Assembly: GCA_053919585.1 (NCBI GenBank)
Contig: CM132785.1
Reading direction: 5' to 3' (one strand)
DNA from: Euprymna scolopes
Lineage: Eukaryota
Length of the DNA stretch: 64,000 nt
Within the stretch, counting starts at the first letter, position 1; every line of letters starts with the position of its first letter. This document shows positions 1-13,800 of the stretch, piece by piece. Position numbers and translations under genes: made by a program. The notes below the pieces were generated by a model. That model made no database searches. It was not told the DNA's origin and was given only the letters and a program-made list of their open reading frames with translations.

Positions 1-918
1 TGTATGACTAGAACCAGAACCTTGTTCATTGTGTAGTAATTTTTTATTCTCAATGCGGATATTTACATTATCGTTACCTCTACTGCGGAAAGCTGTGAAA
101 ACATCGGAAGGTAAAATTAGAAAGACCAGCACACAAGAAACAGTGTACTTTTTCTCCACAAAATAAATTATGAGTAACCCTGGTGACATTCTCTGGTAGG
201 GCCACCTTGGACGATTATCAATAAAGACCCTTTCTCAAGCGAAAGTGTGATAATGGACTTCTTAGGACTGCACAGAAAATTATCGGTATGTTTTGTTGAA
301 ATTCAATCAATAGTTTCGAATTTTATACCGAACTAAAGACATGAAAACGTACAGACTTGTACTTTATTTTAGATCAAGATATCTCCATTTATCGGTCAGG
401 GTTTCCATTAATGCGGTGTTCACTCTTTTGAATAGCTTAACTACAAGCTACAATCTGTTAATTCACCATAATCACACGCCATGATTAACCAGATCGTTTC
501 AACGGCATTAATTGTCTTGTGTATTCTGTTATCAAGGAAAGTTTCTGCTGTGTTTCTCTTATAATCTAATTCTAAATAGTTACATCTTTCTGAACCTTAG
601 ATTAGCAATGTTAATTACCGATTGCGTAACTTAATTGTTGCCACGATTAGGCCGGATTCGTTCATGAGGTCAGATCAAAGTATTTAAAATATAAGCTATC
701 AAATGTTATTTGGAAAACGATGTAGAAATTATCGCTTATGCCAATGCTAAAGTGATGCGGTGAAATAGAATTATGCTACACGGATTCGTAAGAAATTAAC
801 AAGTAATATAAGCGCAACTTAACAAGACATATTTCGATGTTTGAAATTATGAGTAATTCAAAATTTTTATATTTTGAAATCAAGTAGTCTTGCCAATTTC
901 TGTTCGAAAATTAAAGGA

Positions 919-1805
919 TTTTTTTTACAAGGAGGTCACCACTTATCAAGGCCCGGAAGCCACTCAGAGATAAGGGTTATTGCATGTACAGTACGTTGTA
1001 CGTTAGTGTTGAGATTTCATAAAGTGTCTACTTAAGCGGGCGGTTCATCACGAATTTGTTTACGTTGTAGTCAGGCGGGAAACAGGCAGATGGAACAGAG
1101 TTCCACTGGCGTGCTGTTCTAAGAAAGAAGCTGTGTTCATGGAATTTACGTTTTGATTTAGGCACAGATAAAGAGTGGAGAAAATTTTTGACTGTGGCTT
1201 CATCTAGACGGGTGTTTTTCGTAAAAGATTGGCGAGGGGGAACCAGAGATTGGAGCTCAGACGAGCACTTGCCATGGAAATAACGGTAAAACAAAGACAG
1301 GCTCGCAACGTCTCTTCTGTGGGAGAGAGGTTGCAGGGAAGAGAAAAGGGCATCCTCCACTAAGCCACGAAGTCTATTTTGTATTCTATCAAGGCAGGAT
1401 AGGCTGTTTTTTTCAGCTCCTGCCCAGATATGGCAGCAGTATTCCATCCTTGGACGTACTTGGCTTTTATATAGATAGAGAATTGCATCAGTAGTGAGAT
1501 ATCTTCTGGAGCGGTAGAAGGAACCCACCATCTTTCCAGCGACCCTGGCAACAGACTTGATGTACGTGTTCCATTTCATATCAGGAGTAAAGGTCAAGCT
1601 CAGAAGCTTGTCAAAACATTGAGCTTCTCCTAGGCGAGAGCCATCCATTACAATTGATGCCAGATGGGGATCAGATCGTTGATGGTGTAAAGATAGGAGC
1701 TTGGTTTTAGATGCATTAAAGGTAACCAGCCACGTCTTCCCCCACTGAACTACCCGCTCGAGATGTGTTGCCGTAGATGGTCGTGTCATCAGCATAGATG
1801 TCAAT
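919..1805 (-). mobile_element. 5'-truncated CR1/Jockey-group LINE (family A): RT C-terminus, 3' UTR and poly(A)
   Basis: ORF 1028-1804 has the motifs WGKTWLVTFNASKT, LYKSQVRPRMEYCCHIWAGA and LQPLSHRRDVASLSLFYRYFHGKCS. An alternative frame at ~1775-1803 reads DIYADDTTIY. The T-run at 919-926 is the poly(A) tail. Confidence 0.93.
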
Positions 1806-2279
1806 GAATGATTTAAGTATGTGTTTAAATTATAAAAGCAGATTGGGGTCCTTAGATTTAACTACTTTATCATGGATTGAAATGAAGGATGACATAATTC
1901 GGATCTTCAAAATTATTAAAGTGATTTCTAAATGTAGAACAGACGTTTTAATATCTTTATTGGCATTAGTTTTTTTTATTTACAAGAAAGCCTTAATCAA
2001 GCATATAATTTTATAACAGAATAAAATAACTTAAAAATAAATTGCTAAATGCGGGATTCATGATAATATAAAATGTATGTACATGAATATTTTATATAAT
2101 GAAGTATTTAGGTGAATTTAACATATGCGTATGTTATATTCTGTGATTATATTTTGATTAATTTTACGTTTACGTGAAATTATTGATTAAACAACGGAAT
2201 TTTGTATTTTGAATTTTTTTAGTGAATATTAATAATTTGAATTCTTTGGATCATTCGAAATACTATTCTAATTTTAGTT

Positions 2280-2600
2280 GCTATTTCTAAAAATTAGGTG
2301 CCGTGGTTAAAAGTGTTGATTAGCAGCAAGTTCTGGGTTTTCTGGAACCTGATGATTCAATCTAAACTATGGGTGATAATAAATAAGAATAACATAATAA
2401 TTAACATTACTACGTGGCCATGGCCGATGGAACGATGACAATCTATCCTGGTTGCTTAATTAAAAATTGTAATTTTCATAGTTCAATATAAAGATTTACG
2501 TTCGAAAAAATACATCTGGAAACGGTCTGAGTTTACATCGGCCGAAACGTTGTGAAAATAACAACCAAAATGAGAAAAGTACTAATAATTCAAATAATAG
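2280..2600 (+). mobile_element. Short dispersed element (family H) ending in a hammerhead-like motif
   Basis: CTGGAAAC-GGTC..GGCC-GAAACGTTGTG-AAAATAACAACCAAAATGAG at 2516-2575; related copies at ~29660-29730(-), 30060-30150, 48895-49020, 49200-49260 and 53590-53720. Confidence 0.6.
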
Positions 2601-4169
2601 AAAACAAGTGATGCTCAAAGAAGGATAATAATTAAATTGAATAAATAAACTGAACTCAAATTTGAGCAGTATGTGTAAGTACAGGTAGAAATATAATTAG
2701 TGTATTATGTTTTTTTTTCTTTTATAGTATGGAAATGACATTTAATTGAATGAAAAATGCGTTTCTGACGCAATCAATGTACCCGTTCACTTGTAAAGGA
2801 TTTCGGTAAAAGAACACTAAATTCAAAAGTATATTTTTGCCATGGTAAAAAGTTGAAAGAAGAATGCTGCTTATATAAAGAATAGGATATGAACAACTGT
2901 TAGACTTCATCTTGAAACTGCTTTAGACAAGGTGTGAAGCCACTTGATGTAAGGATCTAGCAAGGACGAAACAGATTATCGAAAAGAAAGGATATGCCTA
3001 TTAGTCTTAGTCTTGAGAAAACCAAGGCTATAAGTAGAGGGAAAATAGTCACCAAGAAGAAACTTCTACAATCCTGCAGTTCTTGAAAATAAGATACTGG
3101 AAGAGAAAACTGTATTACAATGAAAACAGTTAATTAATGAAAACCACTAAACCACTGAAACAAAATGATAGATCAAACAATTCTGAAGAATACAAATCAT
3201 AATAGTGTGGTTGAAAGCAAACCCTTTTGGGAGAGTTGGATTTTTTCACATAAACCGATCTTGTGTTTAACTCGGTCCTTGCGAGGAAGCAAGTAAATAG
3301 GGATCACTAGCTTTAATTTATTTGGTACTGTATCTCAAACAGCAAGCATATTGAAGATTATTTAAATCGCTATACATTAAAAAGCGAAAATAAGAAGTCG
3401 GTTGTCAAACGAGCTCAAAAGTTAAATTTAACACCTATGAGAATAGCGTAGGCGGAAGACATGAATGGGCATACGGAGACCACATGATAATTAGCAAATG
3501 GGCGCATTTAATTTATTATCGGGTTAAAAATGAATTGGGAAGGCCTTTTAAAATTAACTTTAAAACATTAATTAGAGTAAAGCTAACGCTCCGTCTTCCT
3601 TTTCCATTCCTAATCTGCTATGTCAAAATGAATAAAGGAATGTAATATCTCCGTTAAAATCGGCGGAGTTAATTAATTATAATAATCAACGATCCAGCAA
3701 AACAAGGTACTCTCTAAAAATTCACAAGTTCTGTGCAGATGAATAAATAGATATATATATATAGATAGATACTTTGTGCGTTCAAATAATAGTGTGCATA
3801 TATTATGTTTCTAGTCACGAAAATAAATCTGTAGACATTTCTGAATCGTTTTTCTTGTTCAGTCAATGTTTTTCAATGGATAAACCCTAATATTCTTTCC
3901 CTGTCATTCAAGTGATGAGCTGAACTAAACAGGTGTTGTTTTGCATCAATCTATCTGAAGTATTTTCCATTCTGTATTCAAGCATTTTTAATAAACACAG
4001 TGATTGTCAAGGAGTATGTTCATGCGCTTAATTAACTGACATAAAAAAGTGTCAGTGTATTTAGAGTCAATGAACATAACATCCGTATTATACAAGCATA
4101 AACATACATGAATGTATAGTTATATATATGCACTGACAGATAAATATAAATTTAGATGAATAATTAGAT

Positions 4170-4680
4170 ACAGGGTAACCCAAATTAAATACCACTTAAT
4201 CATAAAATCGTTAATAAAATTCGTAATCCTTTCTTCAATCCAACAGTGTTTGGTACAACTAAACTCTAGTCTATGCATGACTGGTCCGCTAAGTTTCTGT
4301 CATGTATGACCAACAGTCTTTTTTATACCATCATTTAATCATATGCCCTGAATGTGCATCTTTGCGTTGCAGGATCAACGAGATACAATGGACTGAAGCC
4401 ATGATGATACTTTTCAATTCATATGTAGTCTGGAGATGACTTTAATAGGAATTTTGAGAAAAATACATGAATAAAGATAGGGGGGTTCCAGTCTAGTGAG
4501 TATTCAACCAATGCAGGATCACACCTATTACTGAATGAAATAGCAAAGTGTCCTGCATATTATTGAATGGCGATATAAAAAAATGTTGTTAAACATTCAT
4601 GAGTGAAACTTGCTGGACGTCAAGCTTAGATTGAAGTTTATTTGAACTTGTAAGTTTTATTAATGATATCATGGGTAACA
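4170..4680. mobile_element. Decayed non-autonomous Tc1/mariner-like element with long imperfect inverted repeats
   Basis: Begins TA-CAGGGTAACCC; 4250-4325 is the imperfect reverse complement of 4578-4650. Confidence 0.5.
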
Positions 4681-4705
4681 TTATTGGGAGATTAAGGGAT
4701 AATCT

Positions 4706-4766
<61 letters not shown>

Positions 4767-4783
4767 GTAGATAGATAGGTAGA
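4706..4783. repeat. (GATA)n microsatellite; second tract at ~4978-5022
   Basis: Direct reading. Confidence 0.95.
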
Positions 4784-4978
4784 TGTCGACTCCTTCGGTG
4801 AAAATGACCACCGCTTGCAGAATTTATAGTTTGGTATTGTAAGAGAAAAATAGAGATAGATACAGATTTTTCTCTAAATAAATTGAAAGAGTTACACATG
4901 TAGACTGAGAAAGAAAAAGGTTTAATGATTGATTGACTTTTAACCGACTGAAATAAATAGACAGACGGACAGGGATTG

Positions 4979-5022
<44 letters not shown>

Positions 5023-5169
5023 GGCTGAAATGGACAGACAAGCGACGTATAAAGTGAGAACTTTAGATGTGTTATGGTTCTAAAACAAGATGAACAAAGA
5101 TGACAGATAAATATGCAATATGTATATATTTTGGACTTTATAAACACTTCTTTTAATTAAACCTAACAC

Positions 5170-5410
5170 AAAGTATTACAAGATATTACGACCATAAAAG
5201 CACATTCGATAACCAAAACAGCATAAGCGACTCATCACTAGACATTCCCAAAAGTGCACGCTCGTTAATAATTCTGTGGAAAATAGTACGAAAGGTTAGT
5301 ACATATAAACTTTCAGACGACCCGTGTAAGTTATGTCTGAATGACAAATTTGCAAGTCCAAACTTTAAAGACCTAACGAAACCTATTTAACCGTAAAAAC
5401 GAAGTAGCAA
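5170..5410 (+). mobile_element. Penelope-like element fragment (C-terminal part of the GIY-YIG region)
   Basis: Translates RYYDHKSTF...ILWKIVRKVSTYKLSDDPCKLCLNDK, matching the PLE pattern R..NHK.SF/WKI/C.LCL.EK. Confidence 0.65.
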
Positions 5411-5893
5411 AAAAACTTATAAACTTTACTTCAAGATAACTATATATAAGAAAAATAAAATTAAATAAAATAATTAAATAAAAAACGAAACTAACCCAAC
5501 ACGTAATATAGAAACAAATAAAGTACTCCAAGTATGCACGTGCACATTCAGAAAAACGGGTGCGTCATTCCTATGTAAAACAGAACAAAAGAAAAAGTAA
5601 AAGTCAGCTGACCCTTTCTTTAAAGAAACTACCATTGCTTAATGGAAACATTCATCTGGTGGAGGGAATAACAATAAATCTTATAAAACACTTTGTAGCA
5701 TGAATGTCATGCATTTTAACTTAACAATTTCTTACAAAAAGAAACACGAAAGGATCTTTATAGTTTAATTGCCATACACATATCGCCATAACTTATTACC
5801 TACTTACATATTAAGCACAGTTGAAGTAAAAATTTAAATGGATACATAAAATATTATAACTCTTAATTACATGAAATAATAAATGTGTATATA

Positions 5894-6422
5894 CGAGGAA
5901 TGTTCCAAAAGTAATTCCTCCTGTATTTTATTCCATCCGAATGGATCACAGGGGATTGCAAATTCCACTGTTATGATGACTGAACTTATGCATTTATGAC
6001 CTGAAAATTGATAGCTGTTGCAAATATTGACAGTGTAATATTCTAAGAAAGCGACCTATGTTATAGATTTGCTTCAGAAGCAGAGATGCGTAATTAAATT
6101 TCTTCATGCAGAAAAATTGAACGGATTAATATTGAACGTTTACCAAGTCGATTCAATTGATGTTAGAACAGTAAGGAGATGGTTTCGTCGATTTCAGAGT
6201 GGCGACAAATATATGAGTGGTAAAGCGTTTCCAGATTTTTACGACCGAGGCATTAAAAGAGAATGGCAAAATTGAATTGAGAACGGTGGTGACTATGTAG
6301 AAAAATAGATTCTGGATCACAAAAGGTTGCTTGTTTTAATAGTATCACTTCTGTAGTCCTTGCTCTTCAATGTTTTAGTTTTGGGTAAAAGTTAGAATGC
6401 CTTAGTTTTAGAACAACCCTCG
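5894..6422 (+). mobile_element. Internally deleted mariner transposon
   Basis: TIRs TA-CGAGGAATGTTCCAAAAGTAA and TTAGTTTTAGAACAACCCTCG. The N-terminal HTH (QRCVIKFLHAE..VRTVRRWFRRFQSG) is joined to the C-terminus (FYDRGIK..WQN.IENGGDYVEK); the catalytic domain is missing. Confidence 0.88.
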
Positions 6423-6758
6423 TGTAAAAATAAGTATTGTCAATAATTATAGCTATTAACACCCTTTTTAAGAATATTTAAAATTGAATACTGTCTGGAA
6501 AATAAATACTAAAAGGCAGACAACTAGCGTTTATGCAACGTTCACGAATTTGCTAGTTTGAATACTCTAGGCTGTCTACTGTTACCGAATTTGACATTTA
6601 TTCTCTTCATTCCTATGGCAATTGTTAGCAGCCCGGGGGTAAAGTCTTAGCAAATGGAGTACAATGGCTACGTCTAAATCTCCAGACCGGTAGGAATTGT
6701 CACCCCTTACATTGATGATTGCGAAAGCATGAAACACTAATGCATGTAGGTATAAAAA

Positions 6759-6762
<4 letters not shown>

Positions 6763-6828
<66 letters not shown>
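6763..6828. repeat. (TA)n microsatellite, one of many (also ~13521, 14615, 16891, 42032, 45886, 50487, 51041, 57122, 58381, 58922, 60941)
   Basis: Direct reading. Confidence 0.95.
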
Positions 6829-6829
<1 letters not shown>

Positions 6830-8819
6830 TGTAAGTTCAGGTGAGTTAATCCTATATAACCACTGTGTTTATATAATTGTGCTCAGTAGTAAGTACAACT
6901 TTATTTTAATGTAGATTCTATTCATACAAATATTTGAGTTACATATGTGCTGATATGTTTCGGCTGATGCCTTTTTCAAACCAGAAGTTTATTTAGATCG
7001 AATTGATAGTGAAAAGAACCTAAACCTTCTGTATTAAAAGGGGCATTAAGCAAAACATTTCTGCACATATGGCCAAGATTACTGTATAAATATAATCTAT
7101 ATTATATGTGCGTGCGTGTTTTCTTCCTCATCAGTATTACTTTTCTCATATATTTTCCAGTATATTCCCACAGCTTCATGTAAATATTTTAAACATGAAT
7201 TGCTTCTATTGAAAAAGTATTTTTATCAGGATGTTTTTTATTATAAGGTTAAATAATGCGTGAGAACTGCATAAAAACTTTGATTTATATCGGAGGACTT
7301 TTGCGAATACTCAAATATTCAAATAAGCTTCTAAACTAAAATGCCAGCCTTTAAAGATGTATTAATAGATGATTGATCTAAGAAGAAACAAACGGTTACT
7401 AAATTAAACGTTATTCTCAACATCCAGCTGTAAAAAAGATCTTGCACTATATTCGTATAACGGTTTGTTATGTGAGCTTAAAAAAAGTATTACTATTGTT
7501 GAAATCAAAAACCGTAATTTAACACGACATTTTGACAACGACACGCGTTTTCTTTAATTTAGTCCAAGTACTAGGCTTGCAAATAGAAAACAGAATTTTT
7601 GTGTACGGCTTTTTTCTTCTTCATCAGAAAACAAAAGTGGTTTTCATACGCTGTGGAGACAGTATTGAAATGGAGCATAGGGCACTTTTGCGGATCTTAA
7701 AAAATATTTAAAATTTCTCTATAAGTGCAATCAAGACTTATTAATAGACGAGCGATCTAAAAGGAAAATGCCGGTTACTACTTTCTTCCTAATTTTGTTT
7801 TTCTTGATAAAATGTTTTCTTTTCATTAATTAATATTGTCTTATTTATTGACGTTTTATTGTCTCATATCAATTTTACATTAATTCAACTTTTCGCTTTC
7901 TTTACTTTCTCTCGTGGGACAAACAGATATATTATCACTTAATACAGATTATGGAGGGGCGCCTTTCCTCAAAATTAATCTTTCGAAATGAAACAAAAAA
8001 TAACAATGAATTATTTAGGAAAGAGCTTACAGTTTTAATTAGTCCGCGATACTAATTTCTGAAATATTCATTTAAAGTTAGATTTGAGAAATATGCTAAC
8101 CATAAATATGTTCGTTAAGTTCTCAATTAGGGATGTCGATATAGGCATAATGATAGAATTTGGAAATGACTTAACTCAAGACTTAAGGCAAATGAATTGT
8201 TCTTCAAGAAAAATCGTTACACTAAACAAAAGCAACGGCAATCTCAATTTGTATAACGTTAGACAATTTATATTTATGGATTTTATGTGTAGTATTCACT
8301 CATAATCTATCTTTATGAATTTTTTAACAGTTTCTATGCGTAAGGAGACATAATGCGGAGAATATTTAGTTCAATTTACTTTCATGCAAAGGAGTAAAAA
8401 TAGAATGAGACTCAAGATTTCAAATATATCAAAAACATTCAAATACATAAGATTTGCCATCACTTTGATTCAAAATTCCCTAAATTTATATTTATTCCTT
8501 AGAATTCTTTAGCTTAAGCTTTACATTTTATTTCAAGAATGATAATCATATAATGGATGTGGATTGAAATAAAGATACAAGAATTAGGTTTAATACTGTT
8601 ATATTTTGACTTTAATTTTCATACAAGGGAAATATAAGTCGTGCAAAAATGTTCTGTCCAAGGAATTAATTTTACCCGTTACGGACTGGTTCTTTTCTAG
8701 TAATGTATTCTTTGCATAAAATTACGTAAACACAAAACAGTAAAAGAATCTAATACAAATATATGACAAACACTATAATCCTAAATGAGATAGAAAATTC
8801 AGCATTTAGAAGCCCATTT

Positions 8820-9072
8820 GGCATAATAATAAGAGCGTTCGCTAATGAACCGGGAGACTAGTCCAATCCTTGGTTAAGTTATATCAGACATAAAAAATGA
8901 TACTTGATTTCTTTTCTTGCTAAACACTCAGCATTAGTAGGGGAAGATTAAAGGAAATGGACTAATCTTGGGGAAAAATGGCACTCTCTCTTACAACTTA
9001 TTATGGTAGCCAATATGGTAGCCAATGAAAAGAGAATCTTCGCGTCACTCAAGACTATGGCCAGTCACTTTA
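8820..9072 (+). mobile_element. Decayed tRNA-derived SINE
   Basis: tRNA-like head AGAGCGTTCGCTAATGAACCGGGAGAC..TCCAATCCTTGGT followed by a ~200 bp body. Confidence 0.55.
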
Positions 9073-9859
9073 GTACATCATGTGAACTTCCTTGACAGTA
9101 AGAAATGTTTTAAATATAGTTGCAAACCTTTGAGGAAGGGCAGTGCTACTTTTCTCTTCATAGCAACACGAATATTTCACCTCAAAATATATGTTAGTAC
9201 CCATTACATTGGCCACCCCTGGTATATTCGCATCTGAATCTACGTCATAAACGATTAGGTGGAATTTTTGGGGTGCAAAATAAAAAAAGAAATTCAAATG
9301 ATGTCAACAGTTGCAGATTACAAAATTCATTCAGAAAATATGCCAAACACTGAGTCAACCTAAAGATCAAAAAGGTTGGTCCATTTGGAAGCTCAAAAAC
9401 CACACATAACATTTTAATGATCGGTCATAATCATTAGTTCATAAAAAAAAGAGTTCATTAACATGTTAATGTTTATTATCACGTTATTAACAACTAAAGT
9501 TGAATATTTTTAATTAACTCTCCTTAGGAAGTTAAATTTCAAATTGATTACTGAATATGCTTCATAAAATGCACACTAATAAAAAAAAACGGTTAACGTT
9601 CTTAATAAAGAGTACAATAGAAGTAGGAGAATTAGAAGTAAAGAGTGCGTATAAATGTCATGAATAGCGATGTAAATGGCTTTCAATGCAAATATAATAT
9701 AGTGAGTAAATGTCAAACAGATTTCAATTTACTTAATTTACAGTCGGATTAATGCCTTTTTTTTTCGATTGTTACTACCAAAACATCAGAACATTCAAAT
9801 GTTTTTCTTAGAAAGTTTGAGAATATTAAATACTATATATTAAATACTAAGAGAACAAT

Positions 9860-10207
9860 CTGACGTGGCCCAGAATAGTAATAGTAGTGAATAATTTATA
9901 TTTTGGGGTTTTACCTCGACACAAAAACAACAGTCTAGACAATTCTTGCAATGACCTTTTCCCTGTTGATTGTGGTATGACGATAGTCCTGTGCATTTCT
10001 AGGAAATCCAACCTCCCAGATTTCTCTCTTTGAGAAGAAATTAATTTATTTCTAATTGCCTGAGGCGCCGCTGCCGGGGGATACCAACAGGGGCTACCCA
10101 GGGATTTTTGCAGGTGAGAATGCTCCTTCTGGAGGGGAGAAGAGGCTGACTTTACAGTCACACTTTATGACCCTTGTGTCAGACTTCTCGCAGTGAGAGA
10201 GAAATAA
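9860..10207 (+). mobile_element. SINE-like family F (~340 bp, probably tRNA-headed), representative copy
   Basis: Core TTTATTGCTAATYGCCTGAGG..CCGGGGAATRCC and tail GACCTTGTGTCA..GGAGG..TAAATA recur at ~130-400(-), 12060-12280, 26150-26480, 28400-28545, 33720-33995, 35990-36300, 39780-40075, 53262-53585(-) and 56030-56300(-). Degenerate A-box (GTGGCCCAGAATAGT) and B-box (GGTTTTACCTC) at the 5' end. Confidence 0.75.
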
Positions 10208-13009
10208 AGGCCCAGTAACAATTGATTTCGTACTATTACCAAATGCGAAATAAATCTTACTGTAAAATTCAAAACGACTAATTGAGATAAAATGTTAAAA
10301 AATTAAATCTTACTTAAAGAACAAATATGTATATAAAGTTTTACAAAAATATAAAAGTATCCCTCTTCCCCTCTTCTCGCCCTTTTCTGAATCTGTAAAT
10401 TAATCAACTAATTGCATGTATATTAATGCTATTTTAGTCCCACAAATATTAAGAACAATAAATTATATTTTGTGTCTATTAAAAATAAAATATAATTATT
10501 CCAATTATTAATGAAATAATAATACTTATTATTTACCATCAGTTATTAAGATTAAGCGTCCTCTTCTTTGTTCATAAAAACTAAATTTGCATACGTTATT
10601 ATTATTATTAGTAGTAGTAGTATTATTGTTTCTTTTATTGCTAGTTATTAATAAGATTAAGCGTTCTTTATTTGTTGATAAAAATTAATTTACATATGTA
10701 ATTATTAAAACGAGTCGGACACAATCGCGTTCATTTGTATTATGTAGACATTGGGTTTTAGTGTTCCTGTATGCAGTTTATCCATGAAAACTATTATTTT
10801 GTAGAAATAGTTTGAAACAAAAGATTCTTAGTCTTTAGGCTACAAAAGACAGCCAAAGAATGCATTTTGTTATGTACAGAAAAAAGTTTGAAAACATGAC
10901 GAAACGAATATTAAAAAAACAACGATTTTATATACTTCTAGAACACAGGGTGGAATTTTACACTAACGCTCAAGTCAAAAATATAATCTTACATTTAATT
11001 CATTTAAATTTTCATGTATGTTATTGGTATTGGATATGACAAGATGACAATGTCCATATTTGGGAATATGAAATAATCCCTTACTCAGTCTTACTCTCGA
11101 GTCTATTCTAATGATTCTATTTAAACTCTGTTTTAAACAGAACTCGTCCCAGACACGACTCTTAATTGCTTCAGTTAAACTTTGACAAGGCGTTTACCTC
11201 CACATACACCACACCACTCCTAAATATATTTTTTCAAACCCTCTCTTCTTGTTTGCTACTTATCCCCATTTTTCAACATTATCATCCAGTCAATCTCTTC
11301 TCNNNNNNNNNNNNNNNNNNNNNNNNNNNNNNNNNNNNNNNNNNNNNNNNNNNNNNNNNNNNNNNNNNNNNNNNNNNNNNNNNNNNNNNNNNNNNNNNNN
11401 NNNNNNNNNNNNNNNNNNNNNNNNNNNNNNNCATAGTAGACAACTGATGATTCTGAAATAACATTTAGGACTATAGTGAATTGAAGAAAGTAAGTTGATG
11501 CAGCAATTGCAGGTGATTAAATGACTTGCTGACTAAATAGTTTTCCAACTATTTATTTTTGAAAAATAGAAAAAGTAAATAAGTTTTTTACATACTTATA
11601 AATGTTAAAAAAACTTCCAAGATTATATCTATATATATATATATATAGAGAGAGAGAAAGAGAGGGAGAGAGAGGAAGAGAGAGAGATAAAGAGAGACAG
11701 GAGCGTATATAGCAAGCTTGAAAGAAACTAATATGGGATTTTGCCTTCATATATTTTATATATAATTAGTTTTTCAAACTCAACTTTTTTTTTCCTTAAA
11801 CCATCTAATCCTATCTCAATGGGTAACACAGTTATTAGGCCACAATTATTCAGCTTGAGTAGAGAAATATCTAAGTTGCAATTTCTCCCAGATACACTGA
11901 GCCGGAAAGATAGTAACTGCCAGAGCTCCATCAGAGTTAACTAGTAACTGTTGTCTACAAACGATCTGTTTACAAAACAAATAAATTTACAAACTTGACA
12001 CGGCTCTGAGTATATTTTGTTTTCGTGCCATTCAAGGATACGTCCCCTACGTATCAGTCATTTGTGAGTAGGTGATTATTTTTATCTGTCAGGCCGAGGG
12101 ATGATTTTGCGCAGTTCCAGGATGTCCACTCTCTCAGATTTTATCCTCGTATATTACTAATCGCCTGAGGCACCCTCTACGAAAGAATACCAGTGAGGTA
12201 GCTCAGGCATTTTTACGACACGAATGCACACAATTTTCGAGCCTGTGTCACATTTTCCGGTTGTTGGAGGGATTTAAATTTGTACAAACTAATCGTATAC
12301 TAACATATGTACGGGTTCAGCATAACGAGAGTTCACATGCTGTAAAACACCAAAAGAACAAATCAATCAGCTATATTATTTATTTCTGAATTTTCAGTTA
12401 ATATAAGTTCTATAAATGTACAAGATAAGAAAATATATTGAATGATCAAACTGCTGGAATTAATGAAACTGTTATAACACTTGAAAAATCCATAATTGTA
12501 TCCCTCCTATGTAGTATATTGCTGCCATACATTGCACGCGAACGCATACTCCATAATATTATTGTATCACCTTTGTTCAAAGTGAAACCAACTTACTAAG
12601 TACTTTAATCAATGTAGTTGAAGAATATATCCAGTTTCAGAATATATCCGAAGGTTTATCTCCAAAACTTTTTAGAAGTTTATATCATATTTCCGTTATA
12701 TGTATGTTCAACGTGAAGGCAGACCCCGCGATATTGTACAGTCGTTGGATAGAAAATATATTACACAAGGCCAAGGAAGTGTGTTTTAGTTAGTTTTACG
12801 TTCGATACAATAATGTAATAAAATCAAATTTTTAAAAAATATTTATTATGATATTGCATATTCGATGATTGGGTGATTCTATATTTTGAAAAAGAGCTGG
12901 AGAATAAAAACGTACATATGAACTTGAAACTACCTTAGCGTATTACGATTATAAAAATGAGACAACACTGAAGACTATTGGCACGGTGTGAGGAAGTTCA
13001 AGGCCGTCT

Positions 13010-13280
13010 CCGCTCTTGGGGGAAGAGTTTTTTTAAGTCCTTTGTTGAACCCTCTTTGCTCTGAAAATTCTTAAGAGACTTAGCAGCCTCTTAAAAAATT
13101 GATAGTCATAATAATACATTCGAAATAACTTCATTTTGTGCCAACTTTATTCGAAAAGCTGCTGGATCTATGCCGAATCTTATAATCAAGGGACGAGTTT
13201 ATCATAGGATACGATCATCTTATCCCCTTTTAAGTGAAGAATTGCATTCTTGCAATATTATTCTATAGACGATTCGGAAT
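13010..13280 (+). mobile_element. Helitron Rep-helicase N-terminal fragment (pseudogenised)
   Basis: 13107-13250 translates HNNTFEITSFCANFIRKAAGSMPNLIIKGRVYHRIRS, matching the Helitron motif YNS.FQMTSFGA..MPTFK.QGQVYHRIGS. Confidence 0.8.
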
Positions 13281-13514
13281 TAACTCTGGGAACACCATCA
13301 CAGACGATGTTTTCGTTATAACGGGTTCAAATCCCACCAGATTTATAGTGTACAAATATCGTTAAAAAGTTATAACAATTTTTTTTTTATCTAGTTACGA
13401 TAAAAACAATAATTTTTATATGCAATTAGTCTTACAGAATATATTGTTTAGAATAAGTAATGTTTTAAAAAACAAGAGTTAATGTCATAAAATGTTTACA
13501 ACGTCAACATAAAT

Positions 13515-13585
<71 letters not shown>

Positions 13586-13737
13586 GGGTTAAGAAATTCC
13601 AACGAAAGAAAGATGTATATTTAAATAAGGGAGTAGTCACCAACAATGTGTATTTTTTTAACATTATTTTATTATTCCGTGTCTTGGTTTTTCATTGAGA
13701 ATTATGTTTGGATCATTGTAATAATGTTTTTAAGTCA

Positions 13738-13800
13738 TTGAAATCGTTTTACGCGCGTTTCAGACAGTCTGTGATGCGTCCTCGTCAAAAATTATTTTCA
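13738..13800 (-). ncRNA. Minimal type I hammerhead ribozyme motif (Penelope-type), C3 mutated
   Basis: Minus strand: TGAAAATAATTT-TTGACGA-GGAC(12 nt)GTCT-GAAA-C-GCGC-G-TA-AAACGATTTCA. Confidence 0.65.

Noticed and set aside
4681-5147. LSIY-repeat ORFs and other IYIY or X-containing ORFs
   Set aside because: Microsatellite translations, or frames held open by N gaps (11303-11431, 13987-14127, 22461-22618, 40189-40332, 51743-51908, 52445-52597)
9847-10161. 104-aa ORF as a host gene
   Set aside because: Antisense reading of a family F repeat; no recognisable domain
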